From contig JBQLZK010000014.1 in assembly GCA_052168235.1 (NCBI GenBank), positions 56,495 through 120,494 of the forward strand: DNA of 64,000 bases, given 5' to 3'. Each line of letters opens with the position of its first letter. Positions within the stretch are counted from its first letter, which is position 1. This DNA is from Thainema sp. GTDB lineage: Bacteria > Cyanobacteriota > Cyanobacteriia > Phormidesmidales > Phormidesmidaceae. The notes under the pieces are model-generated. The model had not been told where the DNA came from. It saw only the letters and a program-made list of their open reading frames with translations, and made no database searches. The translations under genes were made by a program, and so were the position numbers. Positions 29,360 to 38,788 of the stretch are shown here, in pieces.

Positions 29360-29896
29360 ATGCGTCCTACGACGAAATCTAATCGCAATTTACCCGCCAT
29401 CAACAATAACATTCGGTTTCCGGAGATCCGCGTCATTGCTGCTGATGGTGAGCAGCTTGGCATTATGACTCCTAGGGAAGCATTGGGTATCGCTGAAGAG
29501 CGCGAACTTGACTTAGTTCTAGTCAGCGACAAGGCGAATCCGCCCGTTTGCCGCATCATGGATTACGGCAAATACAAGTTTGAGCAGGAAAAACGAGCCC
29601 GCGAAGCTCGCAAAAAGCAGCATAATGCTGAAGTCAAAGAAGTGAAGATGCGCTACAAGATTGACGAGCACGACTATGAAGTGCGCGTCAAGCATGCCAA
29701 GCGCTTCCTCAAAGCGGGCGACAAGGTCAAAGCTACCGTCATGTTCCGAGGTCGCGAAATTCAGCACACGGATCTGGCTGAAAAGCTGCTGATGCAGATG
29801 GCCGCCGATCTGGAAGACATGGCTGAAGTTCAGCAAAGGCCCAAGCGCGAGGGCCGCAACATGATGATGCTGCTGGCTCCCAAAAAGTCGAACTAA
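29360..29896 (+). CDS. infC: Translation initiation factor IF-3
   Basis: [40 protein letters not shown]...FRGRE. Confidence 0.98.
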   Translation: MRPTTKSNRNLPAINNNIRFPEIRVIAADGEQLGIMTPREALGIAEERELDLVLVSDKANPPVCRIMDYGKYKFEQEKRAREARKKQHNAEVKEVKMRYKIDEHDYEVRVKHAKRFLKAGDKVKATVMFRGREIQHTDLAEKLLMQMAADLEDMAEVQQRPKREGRNMMMLLAPKKSN

Positions 29897-29929
29897 GGTC
29901 AGTATTGTTGAATAAACAAAATGAATAAG

Positions 29930-29965
29930 CAAAAGGCGATGTGTGCAACGCATCGCCTTTTGTTT
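29930..29965 (+). terminator. Intrinsic terminator after infC
   Basis: CAAAAGGCGATG...CATCGCCTTTTGTTT. Confidence 0.7.
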
Positions 29966-29976
29966 AGGGATGGGTA

Positions 29977-30057
29977 GGGATTGCTGATTTTAAGTATGAA
30001 TTGTGATGTGGGGGCACCGCCCCCACATCACAATTCATACCCAGATTAAGCAACGCC
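29977..30057. mobile_element. 81-bp MITE-like element family A, copy 3
   Basis: Same ends and palindrome as copy 2; flanked by GATGGGTA at 29969-29976 and 30058-30065. Confidence 0.9.
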
Positions 30058-30170
30058 GATGGGTAGATGGGTAATAGGGTGACAGGGTGATCAATGTGAT
30101 GGAGTAGGTTGGCTTTGTCACACCATCACATGATTACTCATGCACTCATCCACCCATCTACAGCCTCTAC
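30058..30170. repeat. Dispersed repeat family F, copy 2 (inverted)
   Basis: GGAGTAGGTTGGCTTTGTCACACCATCAC core and CACTCATCCACCCATCTAC, reverse-complement homolog of 15193-15317. Confidence 0.75.
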
Positions 30171-30274
30171 AGCCCTTTAAAGCAATTCCGGTGAAAACCC
30201 CACCAAGTAGAGCTTTCACTGGAATCAAAGTTGTTTTTCTATGATCTGATTAGGTACAAATCAGAGTCGCACGA

Positions 30275-30772
30275 TTAAGCTCCGGAAGAAGAAGCTTCTT
30301 TAGCAGCGCGTGCGTTGTCTTCTTCGTCAATCACCAGTTTCCGTACATCAGGGGTGGCGATAAAGCCGAAGTAAACTGCGATCGCAGCGGTTGCAGCGTG
30401 CAGGAACACATCACTACCGTAGATGGGCACGAGGCCAAACATAGTGTTGGTGTAAGGGAACAGACCCAAAACCGTTAGTAGGCCGTAGAATACAGCCAGT
30501 GATCCGGAGTACCAGCGGGAGGTATCCCAGGAAATTGAGGCGGCAAGGCCGATCACACCAACAGTCAGGTGTACTAAGTTGTGGGCGATGTTGACGGGAA
30601 AGATGCCCAGCAGATAGCCGTACCCTTGTTCAACACCTGTAATGGATACGTAGTCAGGAATGTTAGCTGGGGCAGATACGAAAGCGGGAATGAATCCCAT
30701 GATGCCCACGAGCATATAAACGATACCGATAATTAGGGCAAAATTTTGCGCCCCATGTCTTTTTGTTTTCAT
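30275..30772 (-). CDS. DUF4383 family membrane protein
   Basis: GIVYMLVGIMGFIP, LLGIFPVN.AHNLVHL, DVFLH; AGGAG upstream of ATG 30772. Confidence 0.8.
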   Translation of the reverse strand: MKTKRHGAQNFALIIGIVYMLVGIMGFIPAFVSAPANIPDYVSITGVEQGYGYLLGIFPVNIAHNLVHLTVGVIGLAASISWDTSRWYSGSLAVFYGLLTVLGLFPYTNTMFGLVPIYGSDVFLHAATAAIAVYFGFIATPDVRKLVIDEEDNARAAKEASSSGA

Positions 30773-30822
30773 GTGTGAGTGACTCCTAAACTGAAACAAG
30801 TCTCAGCTTTAGATTAGTCACA

Positions 30823-31767
30823 CTAATTAACAATCTCCTCCTCCACAGAAGGAGATTGAATGGGTTTCTGCTGCGCCCATAGGAGAGTTTGTCCTGAGAC
30901 AGGCGATAGAGTCGAAGTTGCTTGCGATCGCAGAAAGCTATGGCGGTTTTGTACCAAAATTAATGCAGCGACAGCTAGCAGGAAATAGCCAAAGCTTTTT
31001 TGCAGTTGCTTTGCCGAAATCCGCTGTGACAGATAAATCCCGACAACCATGCCAATCCCGGCAGCAAGCGTAAAGGACACCGTCAGCGGCCAATTAATTG
31101 ACACATGGCCCAAGTAGCCCAACAATCCGGCGACCGAATTCAAGAAAATGATCAGCAGTGAAGTTGCGATCGCATCTCGCATTGGCACTTTTGCCAGCAG
31201 AACCAGGGCCGGAACAATGGCAAATCCACCGCCTACACCCACTAATCCCGTCAGCACTCCCACTGCTAATCCTTCAGTCAGCAACCATAGCCAGCAGTAG
31301 CGACAAACAGGCTTGGGATAAATGGCAGGCAATGCCGCCGCCGTATTCAACGAGCCATGCACAGCCGATGATGACAAATTAGGAACTGTACTCTGTTCCG
31401 CTCTGGCCGTTTTCCAAATCATAAACACAGCCGCCACCAGCATCAGCGCCGCAAATAGCAGCATCTGAAAGGTTTCGCTGACAATGGGCAAGCTCGCGAT
31501 TCGGGCACCTGTGAACGCACCTATCATTGTGGCCGAACCGAAGATTAGCGCTGTCTTAAGCCGCACCCGACCCTTGCGCCAGTGGGGGATGGTGCCCACT
31601 AGCGCCACAGAACCGACAATAATCAGCGTCATTGCGATCGCAGATTTGGTCGGCACGCCCATCACATAAACCAGGACGGGCAGCGCCAAGACCGAACCCC
31701 CACCCCCCAGCAGCCCCAAGCTGATGCCAATACAAACAGCCAGCACATATCCAATCAGGCTGATCAT
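30823..31767 (-). CDS. TauE/SafE sulfite exporter family protein
   Basis: Two repeats of GLLGGGGS..LPVL / GLVGVGGG..IVPAL; AIATSL; overlaps upstream rhodanese stop (ATGA). Confidence 0.92.
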   Translation of the reverse strand: MISLIGYVLAVCIGISLGLLGGGGSVLALPVLVYVMGVPTKSAIAMTLIIVGSVALVGTIPHWRKGRVRLKTALIFGSATMIGAFTGARIASLPIVSETFQMLLFAALMLVAAVFMIWKTARAEQSTVPNLSSSAVHGSLNTAAALPAIYPKPVCRYCWLWLLTEGLAVGVLTGLVGVGGGFAIVPALVLLAKVPMRDAIATSLLIIFLNSVAGLLGYLGHVSINWPLTVSFTLAAGIGMVVGIYLSQRISAKQLQKSFGYFLLAVAALILVQNRHSFLRSQATSTLSPVSGQTLLWAQQKPIQSPSVEEEIVN

Positions 31768-32324
31768 CCGTTTGCTCCCTGCTGGTTATAGGGTAGTTTG
31801 GCCAGCAGCATTCCCATGGCGCAGGTATTGGTAATGCCCGCAAAGACCAGTCCAGCTCCAACAAAGCCACTCAAGATCAACCACCAAGGTGAAACGAACG
31901 CGCCGAGTACCGTACCCGTGAACACCAGCGTTCCGGCCACAATTTGAATTTGGCGAAATAGGCTGATCGGCGCTTTGCGATCCACTTGAACGGGATAGCC
32001 CGCCGCTTTCCAAGCGAGCAAACCACCCTTTAAATGAGCAACATTGGTGAAGCCAGCCCGCAACAGATCACGACCCGCCAATTCAGATCGATTTCCCGAT
32101 CGGCAGTACAGGATAATCTCAGACGGTTCGTCATCTGGATCTAAAACTTGGGCGGGTTTGAAGTCCGACAAGGGAATATTCTCGGCCTCGGCAATGCGCT
32201 CTCGCCGATATTCACTCAGTTCTCGCACATCAATCAGCCGCACCGCCTCGTGATCGAGTTTGTGCTTCAGTTCGCTAGCGCTAATGGAGAATACCGTTTT
32301 GGAATGAGTTGAAGTTTGAGTCAT
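31764..32324 (-). CDS. Rhodanese domain plus DUF2892 membrane protein (YgaP-like)
   Basis: LIDVRE..EY, active loop CRSGNR, LKGG..AW; RQ.QI.AG...GFVGAGL.FAGITNTC.M..LL.KLPYN. Confidence 0.92.
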   Translation of the reverse strand: MTQTSTHSKTVFSISASELKHKLDHEAVRLIDVRELSEYRRERIAEAENIPLSDFKPAQVLDPDDEPSEIILYCRSGNRSELAGRDLLRAGFTNVAHLKGGLLAWKAAGYPVQVDRKAPISLFRQIQIVAGTLVFTGTVLGAFVSPWWLILSGFVGAGLVFAGITNTCAMGMLLAKLPYNQQGANG

Positions 32325-32357
32325 TTCAGTATCTAAGGGTGGAGAGAGGGTTGAAAA

Positions 32358-33062
32358 TTAAGCCGTTGTTAGGGCGGCCACTTTGCCGCAGCGTTCATTG
32401 GCGGGTACGGCTTCCATGATTTTTTTCGGATTGGGTAAGTTCAGATTGCTCATAAACTCGATGAACTGCTCGCGATCGCGACCGACAAAGCGAGGGTTCC
32501 ACTGTTTCTCTTCGCCAATTGTGGAAACCATATGTCCCCGATAGTCATGACCGGGATAAACCCAGGTTTCATCCGGCAGGGTAAATAGTTTGTTCGTTAC
32601 AGAGTCATACATTAGTCCGGCATCACCGCTTTGGAAGTCGGTGCGACCGCAGCCGCGAATAAACAGCGCATCTCCCGTAAACAGATGTGTGCCGTTAACT
32701 AAATAAGCCATGTGGCTATCGGTATGACCCGGAGTTGCGATCGCATCTACGCGAATCGAACCTAGTTGCAGCACTTCGCCATCTTTAATGAAGCGATCGG
32801 CACAAACGGCTTTGGCATGTTCCGGCACAATTCCCTGACAGCCTTCTAGCTCGCGCAGTTTGCCTGTGCCCGTAACGTGATCGGCATGAATGTGAGTTTC
32901 CAGACAATACTTCAGGGTTAAGCCGAGTTCTGACAAGAGAGTGCGATCGCGGTCCACCTGTTCAATGACCGGATCGATTAGCAAAGCCTCTTTCGTAACC
33001 GGATCAGCGATCAAATAGGTGTACGTACTGGTTTCGTGATCAAATAGCTGGCGAAACAGCAT
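32358..33062 (-). CDS. Persulfide dioxygenase (ETHE1-like MBL-fold protein)
   Basis: MLFRQLFD..TSTYTYL, ETHIHADHVTG, TPGHT, FTGDAL.IRGCGRTDFQ, YPGHDY, AVPAN..CG. Confidence 0.92.
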   Translation of the reverse strand: MLFRQLFDHETSTYTYLIADPVTKEALLIDPVIEQVDRDRTLLSELGLTLKYCLETHIHADHVTGTGKLRELEGCQGIVPEHAKAVCADRFIKDGEVLQLGSIRVDAIATPGHTDSHMAYLVNGTHLFTGDALFIRGCGRTDFQSGDAGLMYDSVTNKLFTLPDETWVYPGHDYRGHMVSTIGEEKQWNPRFVGRDREQFIEFMSNLNLPNPKKIMEAVPANERCGKVAALTTA

Positions 33063-33220
33063 GGGTGATTAACTCCTGTTTAGAAATACCGAATTTGTAA
33101 TAGCCGTTGCGATGGCTTTTGCAATGGCTTTTGCGATGGTTTCAGCCCATTTTGGTAAGGTTGTGCCGCACAAGCCGTATCAATCAGATATCGGTGGCCT
33201 AAACCGTTCTTTATGCTATT

Positions 33221-33249
33221 AGATTACTATATAGTTATTTAATTGTCAA
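33221..33249 (-). promoter_or_regulatory. Sigma70-type promoter of the sulfur operon with palindrome in the spacer
   Basis: Minus strand TTGACA-17 nt-TAATCT; ACTATATAGT palindrome at 33226-33235. Confidence 0.7.
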
Positions 33250-33271
33250 CAAACTCACGCCGCAAAATCGA

Positions 33272-33319
33272 TCGGTTAGCTAAAGCTTCGGTTAGCTAAA
33301 GCTTCGGTTAGCTAAAGCT
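33272..33319. repeat. Perfect tandem repeat, 3 x 16 bp
   Basis: (TCGGTTAGCTAAAGCT)x3. Confidence 0.95.
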
Positions 33320-33366
33320 ATAGATGTAGTCAGCTCGGTTATGACACGGACATCGCTACCGCTATA
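33319..33366. repeat. Internally deleted family D element
   Basis: TATAGATGTAGTCAGCTCGGTTATGACACGGACAT-CGCTACCGCTATA matches both ends of 23799-23893 (reverse strand) without the hairpin. Confidence 0.75.
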
Positions 33367-33474
33367 AACGATGGTTTTCGTGAAAGCTTTCAATATGGCA
33401 GGTAGATGCGGAGTAAAGAGGGCATGGCACAATGAAAGTAACTGCCCCCAACTCCTATTAGCAGGATTTTCCGC

Positions 33475-36132
33475 GTGCTTGATCTAAAAACGCTTTACCC
33501 GTTCGAACTCGACGATTTTCAACAACAAGCCATTGACGCCATTGACAACAACCGATCGGTCGTGGTCTGTGCGCCGACCGGATCGGGCAAAACGCTCATT
33601 GGGGAATACGCCATTTTTCGGGCATTGGCACGGCAAAAGCGGGCATTCTACACCACACCGCTGAAAGCTCTGTCGAATCAAAAGCTGCGGGACTTTCGGG
33701 CCCAGTTTGGGGAAGAACAGGTTGGACTCCTGACGGGCGACGTATCGATCAATCGCGATGCGCCCATCTTGGTGATGACCACTGAAATTTTCCGCAACAT
33801 GCTCTATGGCACGCCCATTGGCGAAGTGGGTACGTCCCTACAGGATGTGGAAGCGGTGGTGCTAGACGAATGCCACTACATGAACGATCGCCAGCGTGGC
33901 ACCGTTTGGGAAGAATCAATTATTTACTGTCCGCCGAATGTGCAACTGATTGCGCTCTCGGCCACAATTGCCAACAGCGAGCAGCTTACGGACTGGATTG
34001 ATCAGGTTCATGGGCCAACGGAGCTAATTTATTCTGAATTTCGGCCTGTACCGCTGGAGTTCAGCTTCTGCAATCCCAAAGGGCTGTTTCCGCTGCTCGA
34101 TTCCAAAGGAAAAAAACTGAATCCTCGCCTCAAACCGAAAGGCGGTAGCCGCGATCGCGGACGATCTCGCCAAGGCAAATCAAGCCGTCCGGAAGCACCG
34201 AGCCTGCCATTTGTCATCAACCAGCTTGATCAGCGGGATATGCTGCCTGCGATTTACTTTATCTTTAGCCGCCGGGGTTGCGATCGCGCCGTCAGCGACG
34301 TGGAGCATCTCAATTTGGTCAATCCGGCTGAGGCGAGATTGCTGAAGCAGCAAATTGATGAGTTTTTGGCTCGTAATCCCGAAGCCGCGCGTGAGGGACA
34401 AGTTGAACCGTTATACCGAGGTATTGCCGCCCATCACGCCGGAATTTTGCCTGCCTGGAAAGGGCTGGTCGAAGAGCTGTTTCAGCAGGGATTAATTAAA
34501 GTGGTTTTCGCCACGGAAACACTGGCGGCGGGTATTAATATGCCGGCCCGCACGACGGTAATCTCTAGCCTGTCCAAGCGTACCGATTTGGGTCATCGAC
34601 TGCTCAATCCCTCGGAGTTTTTGCAAATGTCCGGTCGGGCCGGACGACGCGGCATGGATGTCGTTGGCTATGTGGTGACCGTGCAAACTCGCTTTGAAGG
34701 AGCACCGGAGGCATCCTACTTGGCAACTGCTGGAGCCGATCCGCTGGTCAGCCAGTTCACGCCCAACTACGGCATGGTGCTCAACCTGCTGCAAACCCAT
34801 ACGTTAGATGAAGCCAAAGATCTGGTCGAACGCAGTTTTGGCCAGTACCTAGCCACTCTCCATCTCAGTCCCCAGCGAGTTGCGATTGACGACATCAAAT
34901 CGGAGATCGAATACAACCGCTCAATTTTGGAGTCTGTGAATGAAGACGATTTGGCGAGCTATGCCAAACTGCAGGGGCGGCACCGGGAAGAAAAGCGACT
35001 GCTAAAAATCTTGCAGCAGCAGGCGGAAGACGTGCTGACGCAGGATTTACCGCTGGCGCTTTCTTTTGCGATCGCAGGCACGGTTCTTAGCCTACGCGGC
35101 AAAAATGTCGCCAGCATCGACGCAATTCCTGCCGTTTTGGTGATGAAAGTACCGGGTTCAGGCCAGTTTCCTTATCTTATCTGCCTGGGGCAAAATAACC
35201 GCTGGTACGTAGTTCACGTGAAAGACGTGGTGGGTTTACATAGTGAGTTTCCCCGCATTGCCGCAGTTGACTCGCTCACACCTCCAGAAGACATGCCCAC
35301 CAAGCCCGGACAGCAGCGCAGTGGTGATGAGACGACAGGTGCGATCGCAGAGCAGGTTCCCACCCCGACGCCACCGTATGAGACTGCCCCCGAAGTGGTG
35401 GAACAGGCGGAACGCTTGCGAGCGGTGGAAGCTGAGATGGCACAGCATCCAGCCCGCGAAATTAACAATCCCAGCTATTTTCTTAAGCGGCAAAAGCGTC
35501 TGCGGCGGCTGGAGCAAGACCTGCGCGATCGCCAAAGCAAACTGGATAACCTCTTGCACCATAACTGGCAGGAGTTTCTGAATCTAATTAAGATTCTGGA
35601 AGCCTTTGGTTGCCTCATAGATGATAAGCCCACCGAAATGGGCGAAATCGCGGCTGCCCTGCGAGGAGATAACGAACTCTGGCTGGGATTAGCCGTTGCA
35701 TCTCGGGAACTCGATCAGCTAGCTCCCCACCACTTTGCAGCAGTGTGTGCGGCACTTGTCACCGAAATCTCACGCCCTGATAGCTGGACTCACTATAAGG
35801 TCTCGCCCGAAGTCGAAGATGCGCTCGGCGGACTGCGCGGCATTCGTCGCCAGCTCTTTCAACTTCAGCGCCGCTATCAGATTGCACTACCCGTTTGGCT
35901 CGAAACTGAAATGATTGGCCTAGTCGAACAGTGGGCACTCGAAACCGACTGGTCTGAACTCTGCTCCAATACCAGCCTGGATGAAGGCGACGTTGTGCGA
36001 ATGCTGCGACGCACGCTCGATTTTCTATCTCAGATTCCCCACGTCCCCCACATTTCAGATCAGCTCCGCACCACCGCCCGTCAGGCCAGTCGCTTGCTCG
36101 ATCGCTTCCCAGTGAATGAAACGATTGAGTAA
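33475..36132 (+). CDS. Ski2/HelY-like DExH RNA helicase
   Basis: APTGSGKT, TPLKALSNQK, DECH, SAT, HHAG, QMSGRAGRRG, C-terminal EGD.VR (DSHCT-like). Confidence 0.95.
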   Translation: MLDLKTLYPFELDDFQQQAIDAIDNNRSVVVCAPTGSGKTLIGEYAIFRALARQKRAFYTTPLKALSNQKLRDFRAQFGEEQVGLLTGDVSINRDAPILVMTTEIFRNMLYGTPIGEVGTSLQDVEAVVLDECHYMNDRQRGTVWEESIIYCPPNVQLIALSATIANSEQLTDWIDQVHGPTELIYSEFRPVPLEFSFCNPKGLFPLLDSKGKKLNPRLKPKGGSRDRGRSRQGKSSRPEAPSLPFVINQLDQRDMLPAIYFIFSRRGCDRAVSDVEHLNLVNPAEARLLKQQIDEFLARNPEAAREGQVEPLYRGIAAHHAGILPAWKGLVEELFQQGLIKVVFATETLAAGINMPARTTVISSLSKRTDLGHRLLNPSEFLQMSGRAGRRGMDVVGYVVTVQTRFEGAPEASYLATAGADPLVSQFTPNYGMVLNLLQTHTLDEAKDLVERSFGQYLATLHLSPQRVAIDDIKSEIEYNRSILESVNEDDLASYAKLQGRHREEKRLLKILQQQAEDVLTQDLPLALSFAIAGTVLSLRGKNVASIDAIPAVLVMKVPGSGQFPYLICLGQNNRWYVVHVKDVVGLHSEFPRIAAVDSLTPPEDMPTKPGQQRSGDETTGAIAEQVPTPTPPYETAPEVVEQAERLRAVEAEMAQHPAREINNPSYFLKRQKRLRRLEQDLRDRQSKLDNLLHHNWQEFLNLIKILEAFGCLIDDKPTEMGEIAAALRGDNELWLGLAVASRELDQLAPHHFAAVCAALVTEISRPDSWTHYKVSPEVEDALGGLRGIRRQLFQLQRRYQIALPVWLETEMIGLVEQWALETDWSELCSNTSLDEGDVVRMLRRTLDFLSQIPHVPHISDQLRTTARQASRLLDRFPVNETIE

Positions 36133-36351
36133 ATAATGAGATTTACAAAATTCTCAGTAAACGATTGACGTAACTTTACATCAGGCGTTTGTGAATGTCT
36201 GTTGAGGCTGCTCTTGGAGAGGTGGCCTCATCTATTTTGTTGCCCATGATGCAGTTATCTATAGGCGCGACGTTTACGCTAGCATCAGACTCAAGCTTTG
36301 CGGCTAGTACATTAAATCTTCACAAAGAGGGATTCAGCTCCTCTCATTAAT

Positions 36352-36369
36352 GTTACAATCGTTAACATA
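36352..36369 (+). promoter_or_regulatory. HLR1-like direct repeat (candidate RpaB site)
   Basis: GTTACAAT-cg-TTAACATA versus (G/T)TTACA(T/A)(T/A)-N2-repeat consensus; upstream of a SigD-type gene. Confidence 0.65.
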
Positions 36370-36392
36370 TAAACCCTATTTCTTGAATTTTT

Positions 36393-36539
36393 ATGACACA
36401 TGACGCAATAACTCTGATTTTAGCGATCGCAACTGGCGTCGCTCTCTACAGCGAGTGGCAGCGCAATCAGGCCGAATCGCGATCGCAGGAAGAGGCCGTT
36501 CGCATCCCTGTGCGGACTGACGAGCACCTGCCTCGTTAA
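36393..36539 (+). CDS. Small single-TM protein (48 aa) upstream of sigD, below ORF-track cutoff
   Basis: MTHDAITLILAIATGVALYSEWQRNQAESRSQEEAVRIPVRTDEHLPR. Confidence 0.6.
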   Translation: MTHDAITLILAIATGVALYSEWQRNQAESRSQEEAVRIPVRTDEHLPR

Positions 36540-36897
36540 AAACGTTTGAAAATCAAGTGTGGAAACGGAATTTAGAGGAGCAGGTTCAGTTAGAAATTAG
36601 TTACAACCGCTGTTGGGTTGCGAACTACTACCCGCTTTTAGAACCTCTCCTCCTCTAGACTGATTCAGAATCCGGTAGCAAAATCTCAAAATAATTTTTG
36701 TGAATGGTGTGTAGCACATACTGTTCACCCAAAATTTAGATCCAGTTTTGCTCACAGATTCAGCAATCATCTTTCACCATTTATTTAGCTTTCAATAGCT
36801 TCCATCGCTTCGCTAAAAAGTTGTTATTGATTTGGCAGATGCCCATTTGGGTTTACCCTGCTTTATTTTTAAGCCCCTTACACCTGATCTTGATGCT

Positions 36898-37854
36898 ATG
36901 CGAACCGCTCAAACATCTACAGATTTAGTCCGGACTTATCTGAAAGAAATCGGACGCGTTCCGCTCTTGACCCATGAGCAGGAAATTCTCTACGGCAAAC
37001 AGGTTCAGCGATTGATGACCGTTGAAAGGGTCAAAGAGCAGCTGACTGAGCAGCTAGACCAGTCCCCTAATCTCCAGACCTGGGCAGAAGCCGCCAAGCT
37101 CTCTGTTGATGAATTGGAGCGCATCGTTGCTGAGGGCGAGATCGCCAAGCGCAAGATGGTTGAGGCAAATTTGCGTCTAGTTGTGTCTGTGGCGAAAAAA
37201 TATATCAAGCGCAATGTTGATTTGCTTGATCTGATTCAAGAGGGCACAATCGGTATGCAGCGTGGTGTTGAAAAGTTCGATCCCACTAAGGGCTATCGCT
37301 TTTCTACCTATGCTTACTGGTGGATTCGCCAAGCAATCACTCGTGCGATCGCAGAAAAGAGCCGCACGATTCGATTGCCGATTCACATCACCGAAAAACT
37401 CAACAAGATCAAGAAAGCTCAGCGGCAGTTGTCACAAAAGTACGGTCGGGCCGCTACAGTTGCCGAGTTAGCTGAAGAGTTGGATCTGACAACCAAGCAG
37501 GTGCGCGATTACCTGTCCCAATCTCGCCAGCCGCTGTCTCTCGATCTGCGAGTCGGCGATAATCAAGATACGGAACTGGGCGATCTGCTGGAAGATGATG
37601 GCATGTCTCCCGAAGAGTTTGCTACTCAATCGTCTCTGCGGGCTGATCTGGAAAATCTAATCGCCGAGCTTACACCTCAGCAGCAAGAAGTGCTGCGGCT
37701 ACGCTTTGGTCTAGATGATGGCAGCACAATGACGCTGGCTAAAATTGGCGACCGACTCAGCATCAGTCGTGAGCGCGTTCGCCAAATTGAACGCGAGGCA
37801 TTAACTAAGCTACGCAAGCGCAAAGCAGATATGCGAGCTTATCTAGCTAGCTAG
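36898..37854 (+). CDS. sigD: Group 2 RNA polymerase sigma factor, SigD-like
   Basis: [64 protein letters not shown]; no region 1.1; paralog assignment from N-terminal similarity only. Confidence 0.85.
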   Translation: MRTAQTSTDLVRTYLKEIGRVPLLTHEQEILYGKQVQRLMTVERVKEQLTEQLDQSPNLQTWAEAAKLSVDELERIVAEGEIAKRKMVEANLRLVVSVAKKYIKRNVDLLDLIQEGTIGMQRGVEKFDPTKGYRFSTYAYWWIRQAITRAIAEKSRTIRLPIHITEKLNKIKKAQRQLSQKYGRAATVAELAEELDLTTKQVRDYLSQSRQPLSLDLRVGDNQDTELGDLLEDDGMSPEEFATQSSLRADLENLIAELTPQQQEVLRLRFGLDDGSTMTLAKIGDRLSISRERVRQIEREALTKLRKRKADMRAYLAS

Positions 37855-37873
37855 TTCATTCTCCAACCCAACA

Positions 37874-37905
37874 GAAAAAAGGCTGGTCGTGACCAGCCTT
37901 TTTTC
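37874..37905. terminator. Bidirectional intrinsic terminator
   Basis: AAAAAAGGCTGGTC-GT-GACCAGCCTTTTTT between convergent genes. Confidence 0.85.
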
Positions 37906-37920
37906 CTGTTTAAACTGCAC

Positions 37921-38628
37921 CTATGAGGAGTAAGCTTTCACTCGCTGCTGTTGTTGGCGAACTGAATGTACTCGGCCAATCCCTTTGTAGAAGTAGATAC
38001 AGGCGGTCATCAGTGCAATGAATAGATAGAAGCCGCGAACGCACCAGCCAACGAGATCAAATAGTAAACTGACAGTTTTCGACTCCATGCCGCTAATCTC
38101 GACTACCTCTCGATTAAGGCGCTGTTCAGAACTGGCCAAGTCTTGAATTGAGCGGGCATCAGTGGGTAGCAGCGGAACTTTAATGGTGTACAGGAAGTAG
38201 CCCAGCGCTCCCCCCTGATCCATCTCAGCCTGAAGTAGATCGTTGGTTGTACTACGCGCTTCCGCAACGGAGATCTGCCCTTCTGACGCCACCTGCCTTA
38301 CCCAATAGTGATGCCGCGTCATGTAGCCAGCGCTGATTACAATCGGGATCAAAATCACCAGCGCGATCGCACCCCAGCGCTGTCGCAACCGATTGGGCAG
38401 AAACACGGTTGCAACCCCAACACCAAAACCCAAGATGGCAAAAATCAAGAAATTACAGATTTCAACCACCTCAATACTTTGCAGCAGTCCACCCAGAATT
38501 GGAATGCTGTAAACGTAAACTTCACCCAAAAACGTCAATAAAATCTTCAGCAGGATCGAAATCGCAGCCACAAATAGGGTTGCGATCGCAAATTGGCTGA
38601 TGCGTTGGTTGATTGTTTTGCTTGCCAT
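37921..38628 (-). CDS. Hypothetical membrane protein
   Basis: Three N-terminal and one C-terminal hydrophobic segments. Confidence 0.7.
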   Translation of the reverse strand: MASKTINQRISQFAIATLFVAAISILLKILLTFLGEVYVYSIPILGGLLQSIEVVEICNFLIFAILGFGVGVATVFLPNRLRQRWGAIALVILIPIVISAGYMTRHHYWVRQVASEGQISVAEARSTTNDLLQAEMDQGGALGYFLYTIKVPLLPTDARSIQDLASSEQRLNREVVEISGMESKTVSLLFDLVGWCVRGFYLFIALMTACIYFYKGIGRVHSVRQQQQRVKAYSS

Positions 38629-38734
38629 ACCCGTCGCTCACGTCACGTTCCACTCTTATGTGCCATTTATAGTAAGAGCAAATTTGCAAGATGGCGACGC
38701 TCTCAGCCAAAATTCGTGATTTTTAATCTTGATC

Positions 38735-38762
38735 GTAAGGGCGAATGGCCATTCGCCCCTAC
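38735..38762. repeat. GTAG-type REP palindrome
   Basis: GTAAGGGCGAATGGCCATTCGCCCCTAC; flank CAAACGTGTGAATTGCGG resembles the flank of the 16730 copy. Confidence 0.8.
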
Positions 38763-38788
38763 CAAACGTGTGAATTGCGGACACAACT

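Noticed and set aside
33069..33173. 34-aa minus-strand ORF in the sulfur operon leader (LCGTTLPKWAETIAKAIAKAIATAITNSVFLNRS)
   Set aside because: TTG start without an RBS; the AKAI periodicity comes from a 12-bp tandem repeat. Not excluded as a leader peptide, but unsupported.
33272..33319. Possible mini CRISPR array
   Set aside because: The 16-bp repeats are directly adjacent with no spacers, and no cas genes are in the window.
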